A DNA stretch of 64,000 nt from Alphaproteobacteria bacterium (lineage in GTDB: Bacteria > Pseudomonadota > Alphaproteobacteria > Rs-D84), in the NCBI GenBank assembly GCA_015062495.1, contig SUUN01000002.1, positions 159,210-223,209 on the forward strand. Direction: 5' to 3'. The translations under genes were made by a program, and so were the position numbers. Position 1 is the first letter of the stretch, and every line of letters begins with the position of its first letter. The notes under the pieces were generated by a model. It made no database searches and was not told the DNA's origin. It worked only from the letters and a program-made list of their open reading frames with translations. Below are positions 38,771-49,559 of this stretch, piece by piece.

Positions 38771-38786
38771 TACCGGTTATTTAACT
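38755..38786 (-). terminator. rho-independent terminator after tsaE (overlaps its stop)
   Basis: minus strand: aaccggtattgccggttttttatttt. Confidence 0.65.
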
Positions 38787-39175
38787 TCTATCTTTCGTCC
38801 ATCACCATATTGGGTGATATGCAAACTAATTGTATTTTCCGGCAACATATCGCATGCAATTTGTGGCCATTCAATCAGCGTTATATCATTTTGCATTGCA
38901 TGTTCTAACCCAATTTCGGCCAATTCTGACGCATCTTCGACCCGATATAAATCAAAGTGCGAAATCCCATCATAATTTTGCACGATTGTAAATGTCGGAC
39001 TGGGGACAACCGTATCCGCCCCACGCAGTGTTTGAATTACTGCACGTGCAATCTCAGACTTGCCCATTCCCAAATCGCCATACAACGCAACCACACATGG
39101 CGCGGTCAGTGTTTTCGCAAAATCCCGTGCCCATGCCCGTGTTTCATTGATATTATTTAACACAAATTCTTTCAT
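38777..39175 (-). CDS. tsaE: tRNA threonylcarbamoyladenosine biosynthesis ATPase TsaE
   Basis: P-loop YGDLGMGKSEIARAV; start at MKEFVLNN with RBS aagggaaaaag. Confidence 0.8.
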   Translation of the reverse strand: MKEFVLNNINETRAWARDFAKTLTAPCVVALYGDLGMGKSEIARAVIQTLRGADTVVPSPTFTIVQNYDGISHFDLYRVEDASELAEIGLEHAMQNDITLIEWPQIACDMLPENTISLHITQYGDGRKIEVK

Positions 39176-39423
39176 AATACTTTTTCCCTTTGCAAATCCA
39201 TCCAATGAACCAACGGTTTATATGCTGGTGTTTTTATTTCAGATTTTTTTTGTTTTATTTGTTCCAGTGTACGTTCTGCATCCGCACGCACATTGTATGG
39301 ATATCTGACTCTTAAATATTTTTCCCCTACCTTAACAATAACTTCCACGGCATAGTAATCTTGCCACAGTTGAGAAAAATAAATACCATTTGTTTTAACA
39401 ATTTTATTTACGTCTATTTTCAT
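39172..39423 (-). CDS. hypothetical small protein (83 aa) coupled between uvrB and tsaE
   Basis: ORF, stop overlaps tsaE start. Confidence 0.4.
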   Translation of the reverse strand: MKIDVNKIVKTNGIYFSQLWQDYYAVEVIVKVGEKYLRVRYPYNVRADAERTLEQIKQKKSEIKTPAYKPLVHWMDLQREKVL

Positions 39424-39426
39424 ACC

Positions 39427-41430
39427 CTACTCCACCAATAACAGGTCATCTTCCAGTTTATGAATTTGGTCGCGAATTTCCGCCGCCAATTCAAATTCCA
39501 GGTCTTCGGCTGCATTATGCATTTTCTTGGTCAGTTTTGCAATCTCGCGACGCAGCGATTCCGCATCCATCACCCCACCTGATTTATCATACACAAACCT
39601 GCGTGCTTTATCGGTCTTTTCCTGTTTTTCGCCAACCTCGGCAAATATTGCCTTGGACACAGTTTTTGGTGTAATTCCATGTTCTGCGTTATACGCCATT
39701 TGTTTTTCACGTCTGCGCGCTGTTTCATCCAACGCCGCCCGCATAGAATCCGTGATTTTATCCGCATACAAAATCACACGCCCATTTGCATTACGCGCCG
39801 CGCGCCCAATCGTCTGAATCAGCGACCGTGTCGAACGCAGAAAACCTTCTTTGTCTGCATCCATAATTGCCACCAGTTCACATTCTGGTACATCCAACCC
39901 TTCGCGCAACAGGTTAATTCCAACCAACACATCAAATTTACCCATACGCAATTCACGTAACAATTCGATGCGCTCCAACGTTTCGATATCGCTATGCAGA
40001 TACTTTGCCCTGACGTTATTTTCATTTAAATAATCCGTCAACTGTTCCGCCATTTTTTTTGTCAGTGTTGTCACCAACACGCGCCCCTGGGTCTGTCTGA
40101 CCTGGGTCAATAAATCATCAACCTGGTGTTGGGTGGGGCGCACTTCGCACACTGGGTCCAACAGGCCTGTGGGTCTAATAACCTGTTCAGACACCACCCC
40201 ATTCGCCTGGGCTAATTCCCATTCTGCGGGCGTTGCGGACACAAAAATTGTCTGGGGCCGCAAATTATCCCATTCATCAAACGTCAATGGCCGATTATCA
40301 ATACACGCCGGCAATCTAAAACCATACTGCGACAATGTTTCCTTGCGCGCGCGGTCACCACGGCTCATCGCGCCAATCTGTGGCACAGTCACATGACTTT
40401 CATCAATAAATAACACTGCGTCACGTGGCAAATACTCAAACAATGTTGGCGGCGGTTGTCCCGGTAACCGCCCCGACAAATACCGTGAATAGTTTTCCAC
40501 CCCACGACACGTCCCTGTACTTTCCATCATTTCGATATCAAAGTTCACACGTTCCCGCAAACGTTGCTCTTCAATATACTTCATATTTTCATGAAAATAA
40601 TTCAACCTTTCTTTCAGGTCTGCGCGAATCTGATTCAATGCCTGCAATACACTGGGCATCGGTGTCGCATAGTGTGTATTTGGATACACCACCACCCGTT
40701 CTAATTTCTGTAATTTTGCCCCGGTCAGCGTATCAAATTCCCAAATCTCTTCGATTTCATCGCCCCAGAACGATAATTTCCACCCCCGGTCTTGGGCATG
40801 CGACGGGAACAAATCCAGCGTATCCCCACGTACACGAAACGCACCGCGTTCAAATGCGGTATCATTTCGCTTGTACTGAATATCTACCAACGCGCGCATC
40901 ACATCGCGCATTGACATCACATCGCCCGCCTTTAACACCAACTTCATGCCTGCGTATTGTTCGGGCGATCCCATACCATAAATCGACGACACAGACGACA
41001 CAACCACAACATCGCGTTCTTCCAGCATGGCGCGCGTCGCACTGTGGCGCATACGGTCCAATTGTTCGTTAATCGATGCATCTTTGTCTATATAAGTATC
41101 GGTTGTCGGCATATATGCCTCTGGCTGATAATAATCATAGTACGACACAAAATATTCCACATGATTTCGTGGAAAGAACGACTTCATTTCCGTATATAAT
41201 TGTGCCGCCAGAATTTTATTCGGCGCCATAATCAACGCCGGCCGCCCCAGTTTCGCGATAACGTTCGCCATGGTAAATGTTTTACCAGACCCCGTCACCC
41301 CCAACAGCACCTGGGATTGTTTCCCGGCATTCACCCCATCTACCAATTCTGCAATTGCCGTTGGCTGGTCCCCCATCGGCTGATAAGAACTTTCAAGATA
41401 AAATTCCGCACGTTTCATTTTTTTATTCAC
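39427..41430 (-). CDS. uvrB: excinuclease ABC subunit B
   Basis: 667 aa; Walker A GVTGSGKT, helicase motifs, C-terminal UVR coiled coil. Confidence 0.95.
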   Translation of the reverse strand: MNKKMKRAEFYLESSYQPMGDQPTAIAELVDGVNAGKQSQVLLGVTGSGKTFTMANVIAKLGRPALIMAPNKILAAQLYTEMKSFFPRNHVEYFVSYYDYYQPEAYMPTTDTYIDKDASINEQLDRMRHSATRAMLEERDVVVVSSVSSIYGMGSPEQYAGMKLVLKAGDVMSMRDVMRALVDIQYKRNDTAFERGAFRVRGDTLDLFPSHAQDRGWKLSFWGDEIEEIWEFDTLTGAKLQKLERVVVYPNTHYATPMPSVLQALNQIRADLKERLNYFHENMKYIEEQRLRERVNFDIEMMESTGTCRGVENYSRYLSGRLPGQPPPTLFEYLPRDAVLFIDESHVTVPQIGAMSRGDRARKETLSQYGFRLPACIDNRPLTFDEWDNLRPQTIFVSATPAEWELAQANGVVSEQVIRPTGLLDPVCEVRPTQHQVDDLLTQVRQTQGRVLVTTLTKKMAEQLTDYLNENNVRAKYLHSDIETLERIELLRELRMGKFDVLVGINLLREGLDVPECELVAIMDADKEGFLRSTRSLIQTIGRAARNANGRVILYADKITDSMRAALDETARRREKQMAYNAEHGITPKTVSKAIFAEVGEKQEKTDKARRFVYDKSGGVMDAESLRREIAKLTKKMHNAAEDLEFELAAEIRDQIHKLEDDLLLVE

Positions 41431-41475
41431 AACATTAATTATAATCCATTATAATGAAAACACAAGGGGACGGGA

Positions 41476-43950
41476 ATGGCATTAAAACCCAGACATAAAC
41501 GCAGAATATTCTGGACGCTGATATGCGCCATCGGCGCGCTTGCCTTGGCTGTCATAATTATCCCACCGATGATAACCCTGAATAAATTCCGGCCAATAAT
41601 CGAACGTTCGATTTACGACCAAATGGCTGTACCTGCAAAACTAAATGGCGACATTCATTTCAGCCTGGTTGGTGGCGCAACAATTGTGGCACACGATGTT
41701 GTCGTGCCAACGGCGCGCATTGGTTCTGTGATGCTGTCTGTTCCATTCCATGATTTATTTGACATGGAACATGCACAATTAAAGAATGCGGTTGTTGTCT
41801 ATGACGCCGATATAAAAATCGACAAACTATCCCCTGTGGACTTTAATCACACCATTGAAATATACAACAGTAACATTGAATTTATGGGATTAAAATTCCA
41901 CATAGTTCGCGCAGAATTTTCAAACGGCGAATTTCACGGCATTATCCGTACATCCGAACACAAATACGACATTGAATTTATCGGTGACACATTTAATATC
42001 AAGAATAAAAATAACAACCTGGACATCACCGGCCAAATGTATTCAGACGGCACAATCCGTGGCCACCTGTCTATTGAAACCGACAACATAAATTCATGGT
42101 TTGGATTTGACGCCCCAAAAACGGACCAACCAATCAAACTAACCGCAAACTTTGAATGGGATGGTGGCAACGGATATAAACTGACAAACATAAACACAGA
42201 TAACGTATCTGGCAACATCGATATCTTACCCACCGGCGAAAAGAATATACAACTTGTCTCGGACAATACAGACTATGACTTTTCGTTTCTGACAACACCG
42301 GGAAAGTTAATCAACAAAACCAATTTGAATCTTGATTTTTATGGCAATCTGACATTTGCCAATCACAAATTCAATCACCTGCGGATTCAGGCAACCGGCA
42401 CATCTGACAAATTGCAAATTGCCAACATTGTCGCCGATGACATTGCAATCACTGGTGGCACAATTACCGCCAACGGTGCTGAAAATATAATGATAACAAT
42501 GCCCATTAACGGCACAAATTCTATGTGCTTGTTTTCCGGCACACCAACCAATTGGACATGCTCCATGTTCACATACGGCGACTTGTCGGGCCACCTGTCT
42601 GTTGATGGCGACAAATTTAACATATCGGTCCAATCCAGCAAACCAATGCCAACGGATGACACATTTATAAAAATGATAAAAAAACTGGGCACATCTGGTC
42701 GCATTGATTTTCAGTTTTCCGACATTGGTGGTACATACGAAATCAACGGCGACAAAACACATGCTAAATATAACTTTGCAAAAAACAAAACCCTGGCATT
42801 TATGGGGACGAATATCCCATTTTTACCCGAATTTATGAAAGACGCACACGGTGATTTTGCATGGCGTGGTGGCATGTTAACATTTACCCCATACGACGGC
42901 ACATGGCAACTGTCCCAATATGACAATTACTTTCACCTATCCGGCCACAGTTTCAAGGCCTGGCTGCCAAATATTGATTTACAATCCATAAACGATTCCG
43001 AATACACTGTTTCTGGATTCTACCAAGACGGTCAAATATCCAACCTGACGATAAAAATAAACGACCACGAATTTACCGGCAGTGCATCAAACAACAGTAT
43101 CACACTGCACACACCGCAATTATCAATCGACGCATTCAAGAATCATGCATTTATTGATAACTATGCCGAACTTGAATTTCGCACCAACGAACCATTGTTG
43201 ATATTATTTGGCATTCCGGCAAACATTGCTTTATCTGCCGAACGATTAATATACAACGGCAATGAATACAACAACTTTGTTTATTCATTAAAGCCAAACG
43301 CCCAGACATTTTCAATCATGGACGCATCACGTGGTAACATGTTGGCCACAATTGAACGCGACAAAATTAACTATGAAATTTTTGCACAATTAAATCGCTT
43401 TGTCATAAACGGTTATTTGTTATCCGATAATATGCCACTAAACATCCGCGACACGACGATAACCGGCCAAATTGAAATGACAACATCGGGCCAAATCGCA
43501 CACGATATTTATTACAACCTGCGTGGCACACTGGATTTAACATTTGACGGCGGATATTTATCGGGCCTTGGGATTGATGGCTTTTACGCATCGGCTGAAA
43601 ACATAACATCCCTAAACGCAGAATATGCATTATCACGCGCGCTAAGCGGGGGTGAAACCGCACTAAAACAAATGCAGATTATTGGCGAATATGAACGTGG
43701 CAATTTCATCACCACTGCACCAACAACAATCGCAATGCGGCACACAACTGGCATTGGCGGCTTTGCAATAACCGACGGATATATGACGGCTGAATTTGAT
43801 TTAACCCTGCGTGGCACAGCCCCCACCCCCGCAACAATTCAACTAAGCATTATCCCAGACGGCATGCGTGAATATTCGCTGTCCGATATAATGCGTCAAA
43901 TCGACCCTGGCTTTATGCGTGCATTTGTAAAAACGCATAATAAATTTTAA
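41476..43950 (+). CDS. AsmA family outer-membrane biogenesis protein
   Basis: 824 aa; N-terminal TM anchor then long beta-rich periplasmic region. Confidence 0.7.
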   Translation: MALKPRHKRRIFWTLICAIGALALAVIIIPPMITLNKFRPIIERSIYDQMAVPAKLNGDIHFSLVGGATIVAHDVVVPTARIGSVMLSVPFHDLFDMEHAQLKNAVVVYDADIKIDKLSPVDFNHTIEIYNSNIEFMGLKFHIVRAEFSNGEFHGIIRTSEHKYDIEFIGDTFNIKNKNNNLDITGQMYSDGTIRGHLSIETDNINSWFGFDAPKTDQPIKLTANFEWDGGNGYKLTNINTDNVSGNIDILPTGEKNIQLVSDNTDYDFSFLTTPGKLINKTNLNLDFYGNLTFANHKFNHLRIQATGTSDKLQIANIVADDIAITGGTITANGAENIMITMPINGTNSMCLFSGTPTNWTCSMFTYGDLSGHLSVDGDKFNISVQSSKPMPTDDTFIKMIKKLGTSGRIDFQFSDIGGTYEINGDKTHAKYNFAKNKTLAFMGTNIPFLPEFMKDAHGDFAWRGGMLTFTPYDGTWQLSQYDNYFHLSGHSFKAWLPNIDLQSINDSEYTVSGFYQDGQISNLTIKINDHEFTGSASNNSITLHTPQLSIDAFKNHAFIDNYAELEFRTNEPLLILFGIPANIALSAERLIYNGNEYNNFVYSLKPNAQTFSIMDASRGNMLATIERDKINYEIFAQLNRFVINGYLLSDNMPLNIRDTTITGQIEMTTSGQIAHDIYYNLRGTLDLTFDGGYLSGLGIDGFYASAENITSLNAEYALSRALSGGETALKQMQIIGEYERGNFITTAPTTIAMRHTTGIGGFAITDGYMTAEFDLTLRGTAPTPATIQLSIIPDGMREYSLSDIMRQIDPGFMRAFVKTHNKF

Positions 43951-44384
43951 TTTGATTTATTATCCATAAATTCTTGGCGTGAAACAATACGTCCTGTGGC
44001 ATCTGCATAATATGTATATCGTCCCGCGCGCACACAATGATATCCATTTGAATAAAACCGAATTCCACGCCGCGCCCGCAACAGCACAGAATTTTTTCCA
44101 ATTAAATCCGCACGCACGCCAAATAAAACTTTTCCAATATATTGCCACAATCCATGTGTTGCATAGGGCGCAAACAGAACCCCACCACGTTGTTCCAGAC
44201 GTGAAAAATTATAACGCTCGCAATGCATTTTTAATTTACCACTTTGGTATTGATTCAGTCCCATCAATTCACACAGTTGATTTATATTTTTGTGCATATA
44301 TTCTCTCTCGTTTTTATGCACAAAATTATATATGGAAAAAAATCTTTGCCAACAGGTATGAATTCCACAAAAAAAATCCCCCAC
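43947..44384 (-). CDS. hypothetical protein (start uncertain)
   Basis: 145-aa ORF; possible internal start at MHKNINQLCELMGL. Confidence 0.3.
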   Translation of the reverse strand: MGDFFCGIHTCWQRFFSIYNFVHKNEREYMHKNINQLCELMGLNQYQSGKLKMHCERYNFSRLEQRGGVLFAPYATHGLWQYIGKVLFGVRADLIGKNSVLLRARRGIRFYSNGYHCVRAGRYTYYADATGRIVSRQEFMDNKSN

Positions 44385-44403
44385 TTACCTGGGGGATTTA
44401 TAT

Positions 44404-46173
44404 TTAGTTCTTTTTGCGAACCTGAATGTGAACTTCGCGTAACTGCTTTTCTGTCACAGTTGTCGGCGCCCCCATCATCAGGTCTTGCCCACGTTGATTG
44501 GTTGGGAAAATCACCACCTGACGCAGGTTTGGTTCATCCAACATAATCTGAACCAGTCGATCCAACCCAAACGCACATCCACCGTGCGGTGGCGCGCCAT
44601 ACTGGAACGCAGTGTACATACCACCAAACTTTTCCTTAACAATCTCTTCACTGTACCCAGTGATGTCAAAGCATTTTAACATAACCTCTGGGTTAAAGTT
44701 ACGCAAACCACCACTGCAAATTTCTGCACCATTTAACACCATGTCAAACTGTGCCGCCTTGATTTCCAACGGGTTTTTAGTATTCAATTCTTCCAACGTT
44801 GCCATCGGGAACGAGAATGGATTATGCGTAAATGCAATCCCTGTTGGTGATTCTTCATCTTCTTCAAAGAATGGGAATTCTTCAATCCAACAGAATCTAA
44901 ATTCTTTCTCGTCAATCAGACCTAAATCATCGCCCAACTTGTTGCGCAACTTGCCCGCCGCCTTGGCTGCGGTATTTTTTTCATCGCAAACAAAGAACAA
45001 CGACGAATTATCACCCGCAATTTCACGCAGTTTTGCAATACGTTCCGCATCTAACTTTTTCGCAACTGGCCCTTTGGCTTCATCTGCAAAAACAATATAT
45101 CCCAATCCGCCCAGTCCCAATTCTTTGACCGCAAATTCACCCAATTTATCAAACCAAGAACGTGGTTTATCGGCCGAATTTGGTGCCGGAATTGCGCGCA
45201 CAACACTGCCGTTTTCAACGGCGTTTGCAAAGATTCCAAAATCAGATCCACGGAAAATTTCCGTCACATCATGAATAATGATTGGGTTACGCAAATCTGG
45301 TTTATCCGAACCATATTTCAGCATCGCTTCATCAAATGGAATGTGTGGAATATCCGCGCAAACCTTTGCCCCTGGGACAAATTCGCGAATTAATTCTGGC
45401 ATTAATTTATTACCAACCGCCTGAATATCCGGCAGGTCCACAAACGACATTTCCAAATCCAACTGGTAAAATTCCAACAATCTGTCTGCGCGCAAATCTT
45501 CGTCACGGAAACATGGCGCAATCTGGAAATAACGATCAAACCCAGAAATCTGGATAAACTGCTTGAACTGCTGTGGTGCCTGTGGCAACGCATAGAACAT
45601 ACCATGATGATTACGACTGGGGACAATAAAGTCACGCGCCCCTTCTGGACTTGACGCGGTCAAAATTGGCGTCTGAAATTCTGAAAAGCCCATATCCCAC
45701 ATTTTATCGCGCAGGAATTTCATCACACGATTACGGAACAAAATATTCTTGTGCAAACTTTCACGACGCAAATCGATATAGCGATACTTTAATCTCAAAT
45801 CTTCTGCTACTGAATCATCATCACCGAACACCTGGAACGGCAACACATCTGAATTAGTCAACACTTCGAACGATGTCGCCTGAATTTCAATACCACCTGT
45901 TGGGATTTTATCATTAACGGCCGACGCGTCACGTGCAACAACCGTCCCCATAACCTTAATCACAGATTCCGGGCGCACTTTTTCCAACGCCTCGTTACCA
46001 CCATCGAAAACAATCTGTGTAATACCATAATTATCGCGCAGGTCAACGAACATCAACGCGCCATGGTCACGCTTGCGATGTACCCAACCCGACAACACAA
46101 CACTTTCACCAACATTAGATGTATTTAATTCACCACATGTATGCGTTCTGTACTTTGATTTCAAAGACAACAT
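44404..46173 (-). CDS. aspS: aspartate--tRNA ligase
   Basis: start at MLSLKSKYRTHTCGEL; OB anticodon-binding domain, class II core, GAD insertion. Confidence 0.95.
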   Translation of the reverse strand: MLSLKSKYRTHTCGELNTSNVGESVVLSGWVHRKRDHGALMFVDLRDNYGITQIVFDGGNEALEKVRPESVIKVMGTVVARDASAVNDKIPTGGIEIQATSFEVLTNSDVLPFQVFGDDDSVAEDLRLKYRYIDLRRESLHKNILFRNRVMKFLRDKMWDMGFSEFQTPILTASSPEGARDFIVPSRNHHGMFYALPQAPQQFKQFIQISGFDRYFQIAPCFRDEDLRADRLLEFYQLDLEMSFVDLPDIQAVGNKLMPELIREFVPGAKVCADIPHIPFDEAMLKYGSDKPDLRNPIIIHDVTEIFRGSDFGIFANAVENGSVVRAIPAPNSADKPRSWFDKLGEFAVKELGLGGLGYIVFADEAKGPVAKKLDAERIAKLREIAGDNSSLFFVCDEKNTAAKAAGKLRNKLGDDLGLIDEKEFRFCWIEEFPFFEEDEESPTGIAFTHNPFSFPMATLEELNTKNPLEIKAAQFDMVLNGAEICSGGLRNFNPEVMLKCFDITGYSEEIVKEKFGGMYTAFQYGAPPHGGCAFGLDRLVQIMLDEPNLRQVVIFPTNQRGQDLMMGAPTTVTEKQLREVHIQVRKKN

Positions 46174-46423
46174 TTTGGACCCTTTTTTATTTCGGGCGCG
46201 AAAAAACAGAATTTGGAATTTCGGCACCCACATTTAATTGTTAACCTTCAGGGGCGCAGGTCAAACCGGCCGCGCGGTGCCACCCTGATTTATAACTTTT
46301 TTATCCGTTGCGTCATTCCATGGTTGTCAGTCATATCATCACAACGCAAATCAGATGAATCACACAGACAAGAGTATATCTACCTTTTTTCTCAATGGCA
46401 AGCAATTTATAAAAAAAATACAA

Positions 46424-46663
46424 TCAAAAGAATTTCTTTTGAAATATTCTACCATTACCTGTTTTAAGAAAAATTTCAAAATTCCGTGCTTTCTCTTCAC
46501 TATCAAACGCCACATACCCATGCAGGGTCCATGGTTTAAATTTATTGGTATATATCGATTTTCCATCATTATGTTCTTTTAAGCGCCTTTTTAAATCACC
46601 TGTGCAACCAACATAAAAACGTTCTGGGAAATTTATACTTCGCAAAAGATAAACATAAAACAT
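46424..46663 (-). CDS. GIY-YIG nuclease family small protein (YhbQ-like), copy 2
   Basis: MFYVYLLRS...FYVGCTGDLKRRLKEHN; paralog of 34461-34706. Confidence 0.7.
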   Translation of the reverse strand: MFYVYLLRSINFPERFYVGCTGDLKRRLKEHNDGKSIYTNKFKPWTLHGYVAFDSEEKARNFEIFLKTGNGRIFQKKFF

Positions 46664-46744
46664 CAAAAAGTCCGCTTTCATTCACTACGTTCATTACAGC
46701 GCGACATCCGTTTCTCTAACCCTACACCTTCGCTTGATTTTATT

Positions 46745-46783
46745 CAAAATCAATCTCGCTGTAGCGCAAGCGAAAGCGGATGG
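46745..46783 (-). repeat. tRNA-flank repeat, family B, abutting tRNA-Thr CCA
   Basis: aatctcgctgtagcgcaagcgaaagcggatgg; preceded by perfect palindrome ttgattttattcaaaatcaa (46733-46760). Confidence 0.65.
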
Positions 46784-46854
46784 TGCCCTAAGCAAGAATC
46801 GGACTTGCGACTCGTCCTTACCAAGGACGTGTTTTACCACTAGACTATTAGGGC
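46781..46854 (-). tRNA. tRNA-Thr (anticodon GGT), 74 nt, CCA encoded
   Basis: acceptor GCCCTAA/TTAGGGC, anticodon stem CGTCC/GGACG loop TTGGTAA, T-arm GCAAG-TCCGATT-CTTGC. Confidence 0.85.
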
Positions 46855-46917
46855 AACGATTACGCCCAATTATAAGTGATACACATTAAAAATCAAGGAC
46901 AAAGTGTCCGGCACAGA

Positions 46918-46947
46918 ATAAAAATACCGGCATTGCCGGTATTTTTA
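46918..46947. terminator. bidirectional terminator
   Basis: aaaataccggcattgccggtattttt. Confidence 0.7.
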
Positions 46948-47490
46948 TTCTATACAACAATTGACGGCGTTCTTTACCCAACTCTTTAACTTTGACACCT
47001 TGCCTGAATCTTTTTCGGCTTTGACTTCTGCTGCCTTGGCTGGGGCCGATTTCTTTGCTGCCTTGGCATCCTTTTTATCCCCGGTCAACAATCCCATGTT
47101 TAACCCCCAGAACATAGAATACAATCCATACGACTGGTCAAACAAATCATATGCGGTCTGCTTATCCCCCGCGGCCAGGGCCTTAGTCCCCACTTCGAAC
47201 ACACGCATAGACGCCGCCAACAGGTGTTTTGAAATACACCACACTTCACCTTCGTACGCTGGAATAATTTTCAGCATGGCGTTTTTACGCATTTCACGCA
47301 CTTCGTTAATCAAATCATAGAACTGTGTCTTGCCGGTTTTCGCACCTGAAAACATCAAATGTTCTTCGATTGAAATCAGGTTCATAATCCCAATGGTTAA
47401 ATCCTGGTCAGACGACAAATCCTTTGGATTAACCTTTTTTGCCGCATCTAATTTTTCAACAAATTCCTGAACAGATTCTATTTTTTTCAT
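46945..47490 (-). CDS. hypothetical protein (181 aa)
   Basis: ORF with host codon usage; Lys/Ala-rich C-terminal third. Confidence 0.45.
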   Translation of the reverse strand: MKKIESVQEFVEKLDAAKKVNPKDLSSDQDLTIGIMNLISIEEHLMFSGAKTGKTQFYDLINEVREMRKNAMLKIIPAYEGEVWCISKHLLAASMRVFEVGTKALAAGDKQTAYDLFDQSYGLYSMFWGLNMGLLTGDKKDAKAAKKSAPAKAAEVKAEKDSGKVSKLKSWVKNAVNCCIE

Positions 47491-47505
47491 TTCAACACCC
47501 CTTAC

Positions 47506-48009
47506 TTAGAAACACAACATCATCGCCCAACTGGCCAACGCCAGTGCCACAATCGGCAACACAACCTTTTCAAATGGGAAATGCGCATGCCCACCGTTTT
47601 TATTCTTCATCCATTGATACAATTTACCCGTTCCAACAAATATCAACGCCCCACAAATCGTCCCGAACAAAACCGGGTCCATAACGAACGCGCCACAGAT
47701 TGACACCGGATTATACTTTACCGTCCCCAGATATACAAACCCAATCATCGCAACGGACAAAACAATAACAATTGTATCACGCCCACGGAAATGCCAATTT
47801 TTCTTGTCCATCCATTTCAGCATCCAATACCCCAGCAACGTCAACAATGCCCCAGCCCACAGTCCAACAATACTGTCCGGCACGCCCAAGCGACGCGCAA
47901 TATCCAGCCCCGCCCCAACGGCAATCGTACACACCGGACACGCCGGATTTGCCATAACAGATGTCGGAATCAATGCCAACATCGCCAACAACAATTTACG
48001 CATAAACAT
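47506..48009 (-). CDS. hypothetical membrane protein (start adjusted)
   Basis: start at MFMRKLLLAMLALIPTSVMA (signal/TM), CPVC motif, 4-5 TM helices. Confidence 0.45.
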   Translation of the reverse strand: MFMRKLLLAMLALIPTSVMANPACPVCTIAVGAGLDIARRLGVPDSIVGLWAGALLTLLGYWMLKWMDKKNWHFRGRDTIVIVLSVAMIGFVYLGTVKYNPVSICGAFVMDPVLFGTICGALIFVGTGKLYQWMKNKNGGHAHFPFEKVVLPIVALALASWAMMLCF

Positions 48010-48081
48010 TTCCCCTTTTCGTATAATCACCTGTATTATTCTGAATATCACAAAAAAAGTCAACCACCCAGGTTGGGAAAT

Positions 48082-48106
48082 AAAAACCGCCACACGGGCG
48101 GCGGTT
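48082..48106 (-). terminator. rho-independent terminator after GT8 paralog 2
   Basis: minus strand: aaccgccgcccgtgtggcggttttt. Confidence 0.65.
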
Positions 48107-48107
48107 A

Positions 48108-49085
48108 TCAAACAACTGTTTTCACACGACACAAAGGAATTTTCCCAAACAAATAGTACTTAACATTGTTCTGTCTAATTTTTATCGTCATCAAATTTAT
48201 ACAATTAAATAACAATACTTTCTTGATTACAACATCCGGCATCTGTGTTATGCGCGCTTGAAAAGCCGCATAAAATGGCGTCATTGCGGCATATCGCCAC
48301 CACTGATCCCCACACATATGCGCCCGCCCCAACCACGGTTGCCGTAAAATATAATGAATAATAACAGGATTGGCTTTGGCTTCTTCAACTTCTTGTGCGC
48401 TGTAAATACCCTGCGGAATTACCGCACTTAGTCTATGTCCATCTGCACCACACATATAATTATATTTCAATGGCAGATACAAAATTTTTCCATCACACGT
48501 TTTATTCAAAATATCTTGGTCTGGATATGCAAACTCTTCACTTCTTGATAATTCAATCCATTGTTCATACATTCCCAAACGGCGAATTTCTGCCAAGTTC
48601 AGCATCAACACCCCGCTATTAACATATCCGTTTTTATTACTTGGCCACTTACGCCCCTGTGATGCATCACGTACACCCGCTATAATATTTTGCCCCATAT
48701 CAATCGCAAACAATTCTTTCAAACTGTCGCCAAAACTAACATCCACATCACAGTAAATTATTTTATCCGTATCAGGCAACAATTTAGCCAACATAAACCT
48801 AAAATAAATACCAGTTGTATATTGCCTTACCACTGACGCATCAAAATCACTATTTGCATCCAGGAACTCAATCCGGCTATTCTCATCCAACCTGGCAACC
48901 ATATCAACCAGCTCACGCCGCTTTGCCACCCCCAGATTTTTTGGGACAACACAATATATATTGTATTCTACCTGCCCCTGACCATGATACAACAGCGACG
49001 CAATTGCAACCCCAGCCAACATCCACATATTATTATCAAAACAAAAAGCAACGCTTATCGGCAACTTTGATTTTCGTACCATCAC
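48108..49085 (-). CDS. glycosyltransferase family 8, paralog 2
   Basis: 325 aa; DxD region IIYCDVDVSFGDSL, NSGVLMLNL; paralog of 32497-33411. Confidence 0.75.
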   Translation of the reverse strand: MMVRKSKLPISVAFCFDNNMWMLAGVAIASLLYHGQGQVEYNIYCVVPKNLGVAKRRELVDMVARLDENSRIEFLDANSDFDASVVRQYTTGIYFRFMLAKLLPDTDKIIYCDVDVSFGDSLKELFAIDMGQNIIAGVRDASQGRKWPSNKNGYVNSGVLMLNLAEIRRLGMYEQWIELSRSEEFAYPDQDILNKTCDGKILYLPLKYNYMCGADGHRLSAVIPQGIYSAQEVEEAKANPVIIHYILRQPWLGRAHMCGDQWWRYAAMTPFYAAFQARITQMPDVVIKKVLLFNCINLMTIKIRQNNVKYYLFGKIPLCRVKTVV

Positions 49086-49191
49086 AAACCCCTTTCAAAT
49101 AAATGTCTCTCTAAGCATAAAACACAAACAAAACAAACACAAGAATTTATACCTGCCACAAAAACCGCCACACGGGCTGTTTGAATTCTGA

Positions 49192-49233
49192 TAGCAGCGG
49201 AGGGATTCGGACCCCCGACCAAAGGATTATGAT
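49192..49233 (-). other. 3'-half fragment of tRNA-Met (attL-like direct repeat of islet)
   Basis: tagcagcggagggattcggacccccgaccaaaggattatgat: 42/42 identical to 53879-53920 (anticodon loop to discriminator); 5' half absent. Confidence 0.75.
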
Positions 49234-49559
49234 ATACCAGCGCTGGGGAATTTCTCCGCACGAGCTAGGCAGAAATCCGCACCTTTCATAAGCATACAAA
49301 ATTTCTATGTACGCAATATGTCCGCCGAAAGAAAAAACGCAATCAGATTAAATACAAAATTCACTTTAACAAAAATCGCTACACCACTCACATTTCTGCC
49401 ATTTTTTAACCATTTTTCTATGTAAAGTTTTTACCCATACTTAATCATACCAAATACAAACCCCATACTTTTAATATCTAATTGAGATTTTTGATTTTTA
49501 ATGATAGACTATGAAATGAATCATTTTGGAAATTTTATTCCTTTAATACGGTAAAAAAC

